Source: a virus. Taken from it: DNA of 64,000 bases. Shown here one piece after another: positions 45,184 to 54,216 of this stretch (positions within the stretch are counted from its first letter, which is position 1; every line of letters begins with the position of its first letter). Position numbers and translations under genes: made by a program. Location: the IMG/VR virus record IMGVR_UViG_3300025872_000001. One strand, given 5' to 3'. The notes beneath the pieces are model-generated. The model made no database searches. It had not been told where the DNA came from and was given only the letters and a program-made list of their open reading frames with translations.

Positions 45184-45432
45184 ATGAGCATCGATTTTTT
45201 ATTCGACGTTATTGTGCCACTTTTAGGTATGGGAATCATCTCTTGGTTCTTCATTTGGGTAGTAAAAGAGAACATTAAAATAGAAGAAGAGCAGAGTGAG
45301 AAACTGAGGCGAGAAATAGACCGTTTTGAGGCCGAAAAACTATCCAAAAAAATGAAGGATTCTACCGTCGAAATAGCAGTGAAAAAGCCCCAAGCGTTCA
45401 AGACCAAAAGAAAGCCTCAGAAAAAGCCTTGA
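45184..45432 (+). CDS. Small membrane protein
   Basis: N-terminal hydrophobic helix and basic tail. Confidence 0.55.
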   Translation: MSIDFLFDVIVPLLGMGIISWFFIWVVKENIKIEEEQSEKLRREIDRFEAEKLSKKMKDSTVEIAVKKPQAFKTKRKPQKKP

Positions 45433-45635
45433 CAAAGGCAAGAAACATGGGTAACTTTACCCCATGTTTAACACAGATAAGAATAGGTACATACATAAGA
45501 TAGAATATAGAAAGAATAAGGGAGAAAGATATAAGGAAGTAAGAGATAAGGGAAAGGTTAGTAATTGAAATACTACCTGCTCGGCTCCATTTTTTATTCA
45601 TTTTAATTCATTCTCACCATTTTAATAAAAATTCT

Positions 45636-45863
45636 ATGCTATTTGCTAGGCTCTCATCGTTTCTCCTTATATTAGTCTTATTCTTATTTGTTATTGTTCC
45701 GATAGCAGTGGTGTTAAGCCTTGTCACAATGATTGTTGTGTTTGTGGGCTACGCTAATGGAACATTAATGAACTTATTGAAACATAGAGAGGCGCTCTTG
45801 TCAATACATTATCTAACGAAAACTGTAAAAGAAAGTATTAAGAAGAACACGATAGATATTTGA
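45636..45863 (+). CDS. Small membrane protein
   Basis: Long hydrophobic N-terminus. Confidence 0.45.
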   Translation: MLFARLSSFLLILVLFLFVIVPIAVVLSLVTMIVVFVGYANGTLMNLLKHREALLSIHYLTKTVKESIKKNTIDI

Positions 45864-45897
45864 AACATGGCTTGACAAAGTGTAAATATGTGCAATC

Positions 45898-46539
45898 ATG
45901 AATAAGCTGGGGCTAAATATAGTGTTGGTGCTTTTGCTTTCTGGTTGCAACATGTTTACTAGAAACAATAGAACAGATAGTAAAGGAGAGAATATAAGTG
46001 CTAATGCCCCAATTTTTATAACTCCAAAGGCGAATGCTAACCCTGTAAATAAAGCAATCACGAATCCAGTCACGCCAAATAAACCTGCACAGGTAGTGTT
46101 CAATGCAGAGAACTATGTGATGGTAAAAGAAAAAGATTTAAATATATTAGTAGACCAAAAGACGAATGAGGTTTTATTAAATATTAAAAAATCAAACGCG
46201 AATGAGAAACAACCAAATAAGGAGTTAGATGCGGCGCTGGACAACCACATAAAAAAAACCATTGAACAGCCATCCGTTAGTTTAACGCCAAAAATTGTCC
46301 AATTAGCTCCTGTTGTTGAACCCGAAAAACCATCTAATGCCCCGGCAATTCACCCATTTTTCGCATTCATTATGACAACACTAATCATCTTAGCATTCAT
46401 CTTAACTGTAGGATATTTCTTCTTCATCAAGAAGAAGGCGTCCAATGAAACCCCAGCCCCCACCGCCCCAGAGACCCCCAAGGTGGCAACCGAAACCGCA
46501 CCCGAAAATCAATCCAACAAAGATACTGAAAAGGCGTAG
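45898..46539 (+). CDS. Lipoprotein with a C-terminal transmembrane helix
   Basis: Lipobox LSGC; TM FFAFIMTTLIILAFILTVGYFFFI; topology resembles a unimolecular spanin. Confidence 0.6.
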   Translation: MNKLGLNIVLVLLLSGCNMFTRNNRTDSKGENISANAPIFITPKANANPVNKAITNPVTPNKPAQVVFNAENYVMVKEKDLNILVDQKTNEVLLNIKKSNANEKQPNKELDAALDNHIKKTIEQPSVSLTPKIVQLAPVVEPEKPSNAPAIHPFFAFIMTTLIILAFILTVGYFFFIKKKASNETPAPTAPETPKVATETAPENQSNKDTEKA

Positions 46540-46563
46540 GATTAAAAATTAATTAAAATTCAG

Positions 46564-46598
46564 ATCACCCCTTGAGAAATCTTGGGGTGATTTTTTTT
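46564..46598 (+). terminator. Intrinsic terminator
   Basis: ATCACCCC...GGGGTGAT followed by a T-tract. Confidence 0.8.
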
Positions 46599-46656
46599 GA
46601 AATTTTTTTCAAAAACCGCTTGACGGGGGATTAAAATGTGGTACAGTTCCCCTCGT

Positions 46657-46896
46657 ATGAATAACACATCTACTGTAGTTAAGCGTGGTCGTGGTCGCCC
46701 TGCGGGTTCGACCTCTTTCGTCAACGTCAGTCTTGCTGACCTTGATCAGTTCGTTGGCACTGCTAGTGCCATTCCCGTGTCGCGTGTTTGGCTTCAAAAG
46801 ATGGGCTTGACAATCCAGCCGATCTCGCGCACTATTCAAGAAGCTGAAGGTGAGGACTCGACCCCGAAGGTGGAGTTCAAGATCTCCAAGCTCTAA
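46657..46896 (+). CDS. Small AT-hook DNA-binding protein
   Basis: KRGRGRPAGS; promoter TTGACG-N16-TACAGT at 46620-46647. Confidence 0.65.
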   Translation: MNNTSTVVKRGRGRPAGSTSFVNVSLADLDQFVGTASAIPVSRVWLQKMGLTIQPISRTIQEAEGEDSTPKVEFKISKL

Positions 46897-46907
46897 CCTA
46901 TACTCAC

Positions 46908-47843
46908 ATGAAACGTTTTGCTGAACTAGTCGGGCAAGAAGATGTCAAGAAGAAGTTGGGGTTTTACCTCGACGCCTTCTCTAAGACCCAGAAGTTTCCC
47001 TTCCTCCTGCTGACGGGGGCGAAGGGAATGGGCAAGACCGAATTCGCCAAGGAGACTGCGCGTGGCATTAATGCCAAGGACGGTGCGCCTCGCTCTTTCC
47101 TTGAAATCAACTGCGGCACGATCAAGAACGCGCAAGTGTTCTTTGAGCAAGTGTTCGCCCCAGTGATTCAAGGCAACGAGGTTACTGTTCTATTGGACGA
47201 ATGCCATGCGCTCCCCAAGGACTTGATGACTGTATTACTTTCTGCTTTCAATACCGAGAAGGCAGATGTGAAGCAGATCACTTGGCGCGACGGTATGTAC
47301 GAGTTCAACTTCAAGTTGCAAAGTTTTATGCTTGCGACTACTGAGGCTGACAAGTTGTTCGCGCCGCTCAAGGATCGCCTCACGCCTGTTGACTTCCAGC
47401 CGTACACAGTTTCGGATGTTGCTAAGATCGTAGAGAAGATGCTCCCTGACATCGCTTTCAAGGGTGATGTCTTGGAGAAGATCGCCTCCACAGTTCGTGG
47501 CAATGCTCGCTCTTCCGTGCAGCGTGCAAAGCAGATTGAACTCTACTGCGAGACCAAAGCAATCAAAGAGTTTGGTGTCAAAGAGTGGACTGATCTTTGC
47601 AACAAGATTGGTATCAACGCATCTGGTCTTAACAACACCGAGATTCAAATCCTGCGCGCTCTTAAAGATCGTGGGGACTGCTCGCTCAATATGCTGTCGG
47701 CCATTACTGGCATGAGTCGCTCCTCGCTCCAGCGTGACGCTGAAATCTTCCTGCTCCAGAAGGGCTACATGAAGATCGAAGGCTCCCGCAAGCTAACCGC
47801 CGCAGGGTCCAAAGTCTTAGAGAATCTTCAGAAGAAGGCTTGA
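46908..47843 (+). CDS. ruvB: RuvB-like AAA+ branch-migration ATPase
   Basis: FAELVGQ, GAKGMGKT, LDECH, ATT...PLKDR, RGNAR, C-terminal winged helix E.FLLQKGY. Confidence 0.85.
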   Translation: MKRFAELVGQEDVKKKLGFYLDAFSKTQKFPFLLLTGAKGMGKTEFAKETARGINAKDGAPRSFLEINCGTIKNAQVFFEQVFAPVIQGNEVTVLLDECHALPKDLMTVLLSAFNTEKADVKQITWRDGMYEFNFKLQSFMLATTEADKLFAPLKDRLTPVDFQPYTVSDVAKIVEKMLPDIAFKGDVLEKIASTVRGNARSSVQRAKQIELYCETKAIKEFGVKEWTDLCNKIGINASGLNNTEIQILRALKDRGDCSLNMLSAITGMSRSSLQRDAEIFLLQKGYMKIEGSRKLTAAGSKVLENLQKKA

Positions 47844-47846
47844 CAA

Positions 47847-48017
47847 ATGAAACACAAAGTCGCAATATGGATAGAAGGTGGCATGATACAGGGGATTCGA
47901 TCCTCCGTAGACATTGACATAGAGATTATTGATATCGATTGGGAAGGCGTAGACAGGGACGCTGCTGAACAGAAATGGGAACAATATCAAACTGAATTAC
48001 CTTTTAACACTGTATGA
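47847..48017 (+). CDS. Small acidic protein (56 aa)
   Basis: MKHKVAIWIEGGMIQGI...; below the ORF-track cut-off. Confidence 0.55.
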   Translation: MKHKVAIWIEGGMIQGIRSSVDIDIEIIDIDWEGVDRDAAEQKWEQYQTELPFNTV

Positions 48018-48175
48018 AAACATTCCGAGTACAATTCGTTGACGAAATCACTGCCAAGACAGAAGAAGATGCATACGAAGTTCTGCTTCGTTATCTCCGT
48101 GACTGTGCAGAGTATGGGGATGCTACCGCATTCCAATTTGAGGAAGTTGAACACAAAGAATATCAGACACATTAA
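48014..48175 (+). CDS. Small acidic protein (53 aa)
   Basis: ATGA-coupled; MKTFRVQFVDEITAKTEEDA. Confidence 0.55.
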   Translation: MKTFRVQFVDEITAKTEEDAYEVLLRYLRDCAEYGDATAFQFEEVEHKEYQTH

Positions 48176-48179
48176 AAAT

Positions 48180-48195
48180 TGTTCCACGTAGAACA
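48180..48195. promoter_or_regulatory. parS-like palindrome
   Basis: TGTTCCACGTAGAACA, one mismatch from TGTTCCACGTGGAACA. Confidence 0.5.
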
Positions 48196-48246
48196 TTTGT
48201 TGCGAAACCTCCCTACTTGCTTATAAGTGGGGAGGAAACGTAACAT

Positions 48247-48433
48247 TAACGACTTAGTCTTAAATAAATAAAAGGTGAATCAATAACGAGTTAATAGTAA
48301 ATAAATAACATATGGTAGGATTGGGGAAAATTCCCCAGCCGGGCCTGGCCCGGATTCACGAACCCTTGGCACGCAATGAGTTACAAAACTCGACAACCCG
48401 GATTGGTGAAGCGCTGGTATTCAACGAGTTACA
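48247..48433 (+). repeat. Four short direct repeats YAAYGASTTA
   Basis: Copies at 48247, 48284, 48374 and 48422. Confidence 0.6.
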
Positions 48434-48497
48434 CCGGGCCTGGCCCGGCTCTATATAGCGCTATAGTCAGCACTATATAGGCGGGGGGTTAGTTATA

Positions 48498-48824
48498 TCA
48501 TCCCTCGTAGTGAGCGTATGTATATACAGTCGGGAGACTGACCGCAAACTTTGCGGCGATCTCGTACAGGTGCAGGGCGCAATCCCTGCGGCGAGTGCGG
48601 CGGGGAAGCTTCTGAGCATAGAACGCAATCTTCCAGCGCTCATCTTCATTCAGCCAGCCGTTGCGCCTGTATAGAGTCACGGCAGACTCACGCGCAAACA
48701 TCTTCTCGGCTTCCTCCGGTGTCTTGTCGCTGTATTCTTCAAGATTCTTCAGAGCCTTTTCGATTCGCTTCTGTTGAATCTGATAACGGGTACGCATCCA
48801 CTCCAACTTGGTTTTGGTATTCAT
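48498..48824 (-). CDS. Protein with a C-terminal helix-turn-helix
   Basis: LYEIAAKFAVSLPTVYTY; start placed at ATG 48824. Confidence 0.6.
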   Translation of the reverse strand: MNTKTKLEWMRTRYQIQQKRIEKALKNLEEYSDKTPEEAEKMFARESAVTLYRRNGWLNEDERWKIAFYAQKLPRRTRRRDCALHLYEIAAKFAVSLPTVYTYAHYEG

Positions 48825-48889
48825 CGCAATTTTTTTTTGAGCAAAACAAACAAAAGTATTAAGAAAAGCGCAATTTGATAAAGCAAGGG

Positions 48890-48918
48890 AAAAAAGGGGG
48901 GCGCTGTCACCGCCCCCC
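48890..48918 (-). terminator. Intrinsic terminator after DUF932
   Basis: GGGGGGCG-loop-CGCCCCCC with a T-tract on the minus strand. Confidence 0.75.
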
Positions 48919-48924
48919 GTTTGA

Positions 48925-49689
48925 TCAGACCGCAACCTCCGGTTTGATGTCAACCGTCAAGTTCAGACCCGCGAAGGGGTCGAGGATGCTGTGCAGGGCT
49001 TGGCTACGCTTGGGCAGCGCGATCAGGTTGCCCTTGTACACCTCGGTGAAGGCGTTGTGCAGGGACCAGAGGTTGCGCGGGGCAAACTCCTCATGCGCGG
49101 GCTTCTCCCATTGGTCGAGAACGTCGGCAATCATCGTCTTGCCAACCGCGCCAGCGCGGTAGCCGCGCAGGATGAGGGTGCCAGCCTCGTCATCGGTGAG
49201 AGGGGTCGCCTCGTACTTGGCAACGCGAGCCTCCTGCTTGTTCCACATATCGGAGAGCGCGCCGATTCCACGCGAAACGATTTGCGGCAGATCGCGCAGG
49301 ACGTTGGTCGTGTGCTTGCGGGCAAACACGATCTCGTTATGGAAAACGAGATTGGAGCAGACAAACGGCGCATTGCCAGCGCAGAAGCCAGCAGGGAAGC
49401 ACTTGTCATGCGAGTTGCGCAGACCGACAACGGTGCCAGAGGAACCCTGCTTGCCCATGTCGATCTCGAAAAGACCGAAGTAACGCTGACCGAAACGGGC
49501 AGTCGTGTGCAGTTCCTGCTTGATCGCAAGACCCGCAACCTTCATCTGCTCGCGAAAGATCGAAACGAGGTTCGCGTGAGGGATCGGCTGATACGTCTCG
49601 GTGGCATTGGGTGTCGGAACCTTGGCGAGATCGGCAAGGCTGATTTGGGAATTGTCTGCGCCGCAGACATGGAGGTTTACGCTGTTCAT
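48925..49689 (-). CDS. DUF932 family protein
   Basis: TYQPIPH, GLRNSHDK, FVCSNL, RKHT, NLWSLHNAFTE. Confidence 0.85.
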   Translation of the reverse strand: MNSVNLHVCGADNSQISLADLAKVPTPNATETYQPIPHANLVSIFREQMKVAGLAIKQELHTTARFGQRYFGLFEIDMGKQGSSGTVVGLRNSHDKCFPAGFCAGNAPFVCSNLVFHNEIVFARKHTTNVLRDLPQIVSRGIGALSDMWNKQEARVAKYEATPLTDDEAGTLILRGYRAGAVGKTMIADVLDQWEKPAHEEFAPRNLWSLHNAFTEVYKGNLIALPKRSQALHSILDPFAGLNLTVDIKPEVAV

Positions 49690-49743
49690 TTTTTTATTTG
49701 GTTGAGGTTGACGAAAAGAAGTTTGGAGAGATTTGCGCAGAGT

Positions 49744-49935
49744 TCAAGAACTTTTTTGATTAATTTTCGCGGCGAATTCGGCGGCGTTGCGATCCGTTTC
49801 GTCGGCCCTTTCGTTGAGCCACTTCTGGAACGCTTGGTGGTCCTTGATCTCGACACCAGGAATCTTGTGATAGAAGGCGATGCTGGTGAGAGCGCCGCGC
49901 ATCGAACCGTACATGATAGGATAATCGTTATTCAT
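49744..49935 (-). CDS. Small hypothetical protein (leaderless)
   Basis: TTGCAA-N16-TAGACT-N7-ATG. Confidence 0.65.
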   Translation of the reverse strand: MNNDYPIMYGSMRGALTSIAFYHKIPGVEIKDHQAFQKWLNERADETDRNAAEFAAKINQKSS

Positions 49936-50142
49936 CGCGAGCAGTCTACAAGGTGCAGTTACACTTGCAAACTTTTTTTTGCGTTAAATTGAATTTTTTT
50001 TCGCGGAGCGTGGAACATTTTTGGCGTCGTGGAACATTTCATTTTGGAATGAACTCTCTTTTCGGCTTGACGGCCAGGCCGGGCCAGGCCCGGTTTGATA
50101 CAGCACCCTATATAGAGCGCTATATCAACCAGACTTTATATA

Positions 50143-50475
50143 TTAAAATGAGCGTCGAGCAAGAAGATTATTCTCTACATAATCCTTTGCATCCTTGAGC
50201 GAAGTGTTGGGGACAAGAGTGCGGACCGCTTTGATCAGAGCAATCTTGTTGGGGCAAATGCCCTTGCCAGCGCGATACTCTTCTTGAATGTTCATAGCTT
50301 CATCGTAAATCGATGCAATTGCATTGCGAACTTCGAAATCGAGAAGCGAATTGATCTTCGGGATCGAAGGGACAATAGGCTGTGACACAATGTCGATTTC
50401 GATCTGATGATGCTCCAGCCCAGTTTTGGCGGCGAAAGCATCGATGATGTCGGTTCTGTTGATGACGAGTTTCAT
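50143..50475 (-). CDS. Protein with a ribosomal bL12 C-terminal-like domain
   Basis: NKIALIKAVRTLVPNTSLKDAKDYVE. Confidence 0.65.
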   Translation of the reverse strand: MKLVINRTDIIDAFAAKTGLEHHQIEIDIVSQPIVPSIPKINSLLDFEVRNAIASIYDEAMNIQEEYRAGKGICPNKIALIKAVRTLVPNTSLKDAKDYVENNLLARRSF

Positions 50476-50479
50476 AGTA

Positions 50480-50692
50480 TTATGATTTGAGGAAGCCGTG
50501 ATGTTTGAGGAGATTTTCATACTCTGCAAGCAATTTCTTTTTGTCGCGAGTGCGGGAACTGCACATTTTGCGAACATGGTTGGAAACAGAACCGCGTGAA
50601 TTAGTCATGCCCAGAGTTTCAAGCTTAAGCGCGCTTCTGAAAGCGAGCAAGCGATATGCGAGAATAGCGGAGGGAGTGTCAGCAATGATCAT
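50480..50692 (-). CDS. Small basic hypothetical protein
   Basis: ALKLETLGMTNSRGS; in-operon. Confidence 0.6.
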   Translation of the reverse strand: MIIADTPSAILAYRLLAFRSALKLETLGMTNSRGSVSNHVRKMCSSRTRDKKKLLAEYENLLKHHGFLKS

Positions 50693-50927
50693 AGTAGTAA
50701 ATTGGAGCCGCGCTGCTCATCTCCTATATGATGAGTGATTAGGGAGTCTTCACGGCTTTGGTTTCTCCCCGTCAGCAAGAGAGAGAATGACAGAGTGTGC
50801 GCGGTGTGCAACATTTATTTTGAATTTATTTTCAGTTGCGAGAGAGATTTTGCTTGACACGCACAGCCGGGCCAGGCCCGGATGCCAAGCCGCAACCAAA
50901 AAGTTACAGCAAGGCTCCGATTTTTTA

Positions 50928-51443
50928 TTAGCTTTCTTCCTCGACTTCCTCCTCCCAACTAAACTCGTCAATTGCAATCTTTTTCCATGCATCAGTTGAA
51001 GAGTCGTCTTCGTGTTCTCCGGTTTGATACTCGCCACCTTCCCAAATGCTGTAGCCAACAAAGCCCATTCCCTCTTCAAGATAAGCAAGCTTGAATTTTA
51101 ATTCGGGGAACTTGGCTGACAATGCTTGAATCGCCATTTGAGGCGGCGACCATGCAGTTGTAAAGCACAGCACCATCAACGTCGGGTCGTACTGCTGGAT
51201 GTCAACTTCATCAATGTCCCACTTGGTTCCCCAATTCTGAACGCGCCAATCATACCAATCATACGCGCCATACTTCTCCTTGAATTCATTACGTTTGGCG
51301 TGCTTGTCGTTGAATGGTTCAGAGTCTTTCAACTCTTCGGGCATTGGGAGAATTTTATTGAACGAGAAAACGTCACCCATCCACTCATTAAAGCGCGTGA
51401 AGTCACCGCTGACATACAGGTTATTGGCACACCAGTTAGGCAT
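50928..51443 (-). CDS. DUF1281/YubB-like ferredoxin-fold protein
   Basis: MPNWCAN, DWYDWRVQNWGTKWD, FTTAWSPP, YLEEGMGF. Confidence 0.85.
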   Translation of the reverse strand: MPNWCANNLYVSGDFTRFNEWMGDVFSFNKILPMPEELKDSEPFNDKHAKRNEFKEKYGAYDWYDWRVQNWGTKWDIDEVDIQQYDPTLMVLCFTTAWSPPQMAIQALSAKFPELKFKLAYLEEGMGFVGYSIWEGGEYQTGEHEDDSSTDAWKKIAIDEFSWEEEVEEES

Positions 51444-51448
51444 AGGAT

Positions 51449-51631
51449 TTAATCGTTTAGGTTATTATCGTCGCAATAGATTGTCATTCCCTTGTCGTAA
51501 CCAGCCTTGTAATCGCTGCCAGCGTTGGGGCTGTTCATTTTTTTCACAGCCTCGTAATCGTATGAGCCTTTGTTGTAAGCATCAAGCACACCGCGCAGGT
51601 ATGCGTAGGTAGGTTCAATCATTGGTTTCAT
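51449..51631 (-). CDS. Small hypothetical protein
   Basis: YLRGVLDA...YKAGYDKG. Confidence 0.55.
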   Translation of the reverse strand: MKPMIEPTYAYLRGVLDAYNKGSYDYEAVKKMNSPNAGSDYKAGYDKGMTIYCDDNNLND

Positions 51632-51987
51632 ATTTGAGCAAAGATTCTTTTCCCGTAGATGGCAACGTAACGGGCATTTTTAATTGGCGACCCATCCTTT
51701 GCAAGCACAAAAGTGGAATACTTGTAGGGATTGTAAGTCACCTCCACAGAATTCTCGGGGATAACTTGGCTGATTGCTGTGCGGAGATAATTGTCCCAAT
51801 CGCCGCGCACCCATGCGTGAACATTCTTGCGCTTGTTCTTCAGCACACGCTGCCGCCCCGCCTCACTAACGTGGAACGTGGGGTTGTCGAGGGTAATCGC
51901 AGGGGCGTGGGCAATCACTTTCCCATTGACACGAATCGACAGCATGTGTTTATGCAGGTTGAAGTAGACTTCCGTTTTGATTTTCAT
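51628..51987 (-). CDS. Conserved phage protein
   Basis: VYFNLHK..SIR, VSEAGRQRVL..KRKNVHAWVRG, VTYNPYK. Confidence 0.75.
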   Translation of the reverse strand: MKIKTEVYFNLHKHMLSIRVNGKVIAHAPAITLDNPTFHVSEAGRQRVLKNKRKNVHAWVRGDWDNYLRTAISQVIPENSVEVTYNPYKYSTFVLAKDGSPIKNARYVAIYGKRIFAQI

Positions 51988-52202
51988 GATTCTTGTTCAG
52001 CAAACATTTCTTCCCAGACATGGGGAGGAGTACCAGTCATGATGAACTCGCGCTCATCAGCGGTCAAGAAAAAAAATGCTTCTTGAATCAGCGCGCCAAG
52101 ATCGCATTTCATCAAAGCCGTGGCGTATTGCTCTTCAGTCATCGTGGGAAAATCCATCGTGTAGATTTGCCCGTTGAATTGGCATCGTTTGGTTAGTTGC
52201 AT
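51984..52202 (-). CDS. Conserved small phage protein (leaderless)
   Basis: LIQEAF..LTADEREFIMTG; TTGCAC-N16-CACACT-N7-ATG. Confidence 0.7.
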   Translation of the reverse strand: MQLTKRCQFNGQIYTMDFPTMTEEQYATALMKCDLGALIQEAFFFLTADEREFIMTGTPPHVWEEMFAEQES

Positions 52203-52508
52203 GGTTAAGAGTGTGAATAAAAAATCCGTGAGTGCAACAGCAAAAGAAGAAACAACAAATAAATAAATACGAAATAATGCTTGACAACCCGCCGGGCCTG
52301 GCCCGGAATCCTCACCTGGTGCACCTGGCGAATAAAAAATCTGCGCTCTCGCGAAATTTTCGGTTTTCTGCCGGGCCTGGCCCGGATTATATAGCGCCTA
52401 TATAGCACTATACAATCACTATATAGTTTCGGTGGTGTTTAATGAAGGGCAACGAAACCTCCCCATGCCGCAAGCTCTCCTTGCGTACTATTCCACCGAA
52501 AAAATTAT

Positions 52509-52736
52509 TTAGTTAGCATAAGCCAAGCGGCCTTCTGTAGTCACTAGAGGGCGGCGACCTTCGGCTCCCTCTAGATACTCTATAACCTCCGCGCTAGTGG
52601 CGAGGCGCATATAAGAGTTAGGCCACCCCACAAGATCTTCCCGATGATAAGAGGTCGCGCATACACGCGGACCCGTTGCAATCACGCGCTCCACTCGGCG
52701 CGTCCTTGTATTATACCACAGTTGACCGTTTTTCAT
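52509..52736 (-). CDS. Hypothetical protein
   Basis: MKNGQLWYNTRTRRVERV; overlaps the upstream stop. Confidence 0.6.
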   Translation of the reverse strand: MKNGQLWYNTRTRRVERVIATGPRVCATSYHREDLVGWPNSYMRLATSAEVIEYLEGAEGRRPLVTTEGRLAYAN

Positions 52737-53239
52737 TTGTAGAAGATATGATGATTGATTTGAACCGTCTTGACAAGCTTTTTCGCCCAACTCGGGGAAA
52801 CTTTTTCGGCGTGATAATGCGTCGCGCCGTTGGTGTAATTCGTTTTCTGATTAACTAAAGCGAGAGCCTGTGACCATTTCGGATGGCGCTTTGCTTTCGC
52901 GATTCCGTCCTCGACGTTTTTTCCATTCCAACACGAAAATTGTTTCGGCGCGAGAATGACGGCAAGTTCCGTTTTATTCTTGGCGCGATTCGCGATCACC
53001 TCGCGAACCGCCGCCATTGCGCGGGGATCAGCCTCCCCACCCGCTTCCAAGATCAGAGTCGCCGCCACAATCTCCCCACGCGAGACGGTGACCGTGGTGG
53101 TCTGCCCCCGCAGCGATAAGACGGCCCCAAAAAGCAGCGTCAGCAGTAACAACCGAAAAACCGCGCAAAGCAAGATGCTTTTCAACAAGCTCGGTGTTCC
53201 ATTCATATTTTTGCAGGAGGTATGCGAATTGTCTTTCAT
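52733..53239 (-). CDS. Cell wall hydrolase (SleB/Hydrolase_2 family)
   Basis: LEAGGE, AVREVIANR, QFSCWN, TNGATHYH, INHHIFYK; N-terminal hydrophobic segment. Confidence 0.88.
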   Translation of the reverse strand: MKDNSHTSCKNMNGTPSLLKSILLCAVFRLLLLTLLFGAVLSLRGQTTTVTVSRGEIVAATLILEAGGEADPRAMAAVREVIANRAKNKTELAVILAPKQFSCWNGKNVEDGIAKAKRHPKWSQALALVNQKTNYTNGATHYHAEKVSPSWAKKLVKTVQINHHIFYK

Positions 53240-53248
53240 TTACTGATT

Positions 53249-53437
53249 TCATGAGGTGACCTTGGTGGCGTATTCTTCTGCGCGCTTTTCCATCTCAACA
53301 AGCTCGCGGTCAATCTTGGCGCGGAATTCCGCGACAGCCTTGCGGCTCATATTCACGGGGAGGTAAAGGTCGATACTCTTGAGGAGGCTTTCCATGCCGC
53401 CCTTGAGGTAGATTTCTTTGAGTTCGTTTTTGTTCAT
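53249..53437 (-). CDS. Small hypothetical protein (leaderless)
   Basis: TTGACG-N16-CACACT-N7-ATG. Confidence 0.65.
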   Translation of the reverse strand: MNKNELKEIYLKGGMESLLKSIDLYLPVNMSRKAVAEFRAKIDRELVEMEKRAEEYATKVTS

Positions 53438-53482
53438 GAGAGAGAGTGTGGAGATTTTTTTTGTTTCGTCAACAACTTTTTT

Positions 53483-53668
53483 TCACTTTTTGAACCAGCG
53501 GAAAACGGTGCGATTCGCGGAGGAAAATTCGACGATGTACTCCGTGAAGGTAGCGGGGACAATTTGGAAAACGTCGTTTTTCATGGCGCGAGCTTGGCAC
53601 GCTTTCCAAGCGAGTTCGCAACCCGAACCCTGCGCGATGATGATTGAAGACCAGCGGTAGTTTTTCAT
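53483..53668 (-). CDS. Small hypothetical protein (paralogue of 54665-54859)
   Basis: TTGACT-N16-CATTCT-N7-ATG; WSS.IIA.G..C...EYIV...RWF.K. Confidence 0.7.
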   Translation of the reverse strand: MKNYRWSSIIIAQGSGCELAWKACQARAMKNDVFQIVPATFTEYIVEFSSANRTVFRWFKK

Positions 53669-53871
53669 GAGAGAGAGAATGACGAAAAAATCCGTGAAGT
53701 CAAATTTTTTTTCAGATTTTTTTTTGGAGCGTGGAACATTCTGCGCGTCGTGGAACATTTCATTTTAAATTGAAAGTTCATTTTCGCTTGACGGCAGGGC
53801 GCCGGGCCTGGCCCGGATTTATATAACACTATATAAAGGGATGTAGAGTCCCTATATAGAGAGTCTATATA

Positions 53872-54141
53872 TCACTCGCCCATACTATAGTGGTCATCAT
53901 AGGCGGACCCGTAGTCCTCGTCGGTGCCGAGGCCAGCAGACGCGAGGGCATCCGCATCCGCCTCCGCATCGGTGCGGAAGCCGTCAAACGGCTCCTCCTC
54001 GTTGGCGGCGTTATAGGACGCCTGTAGGGTGTCGATGACCGCATCAAGCTGCGGCGCGTTCATCGCGTCGGCGGCATCGCGCAGCGCGGCGAGAACGAGG
54101 GAGGCTTCGGTGAGGGTGAGGGCGAGGTTGATCTGGTTCAT
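53872..54141 (-). CDS. Small acidic protein
   Basis: C-terminal DADALASAGLGTDEDY; TTTACC-N16-TACTTT-N7-ATG. Confidence 0.7.
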   Translation of the reverse strand: MNQINLALTLTEASLVLAALRDAADAMNAPQLDAVIDTLQASYNAANEEEPFDGFRTDAEADADALASAGLGTDEDYGSAYDDHYSMGE

Positions 54142-54190
54142 GGGGATAAAAGTAAGAAAAAATTCGTGCAGGTAAAGAAAAAAGTGAAAG

Positions 54191-54216
54191 AAAAAAAGGG
54201 GCGCTCAGAGCGCCCC
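54191..54216 (-). terminator. Intrinsic terminator
   Basis: GGGGCGCT/AGCGCCCC hairpin with a T-tract on the minus strand. Confidence 0.7.

Noticed and set aside
48991-49992. 333-aa plus-strand ORF and similar long antisense ORFs (e.g. 34118-34756, 47235-47648, 51622-52086)
   Set aside because: They are antisense shadows of recognisable genes (DUF932, rIIB, ruvB and others) in GC-rich sequence
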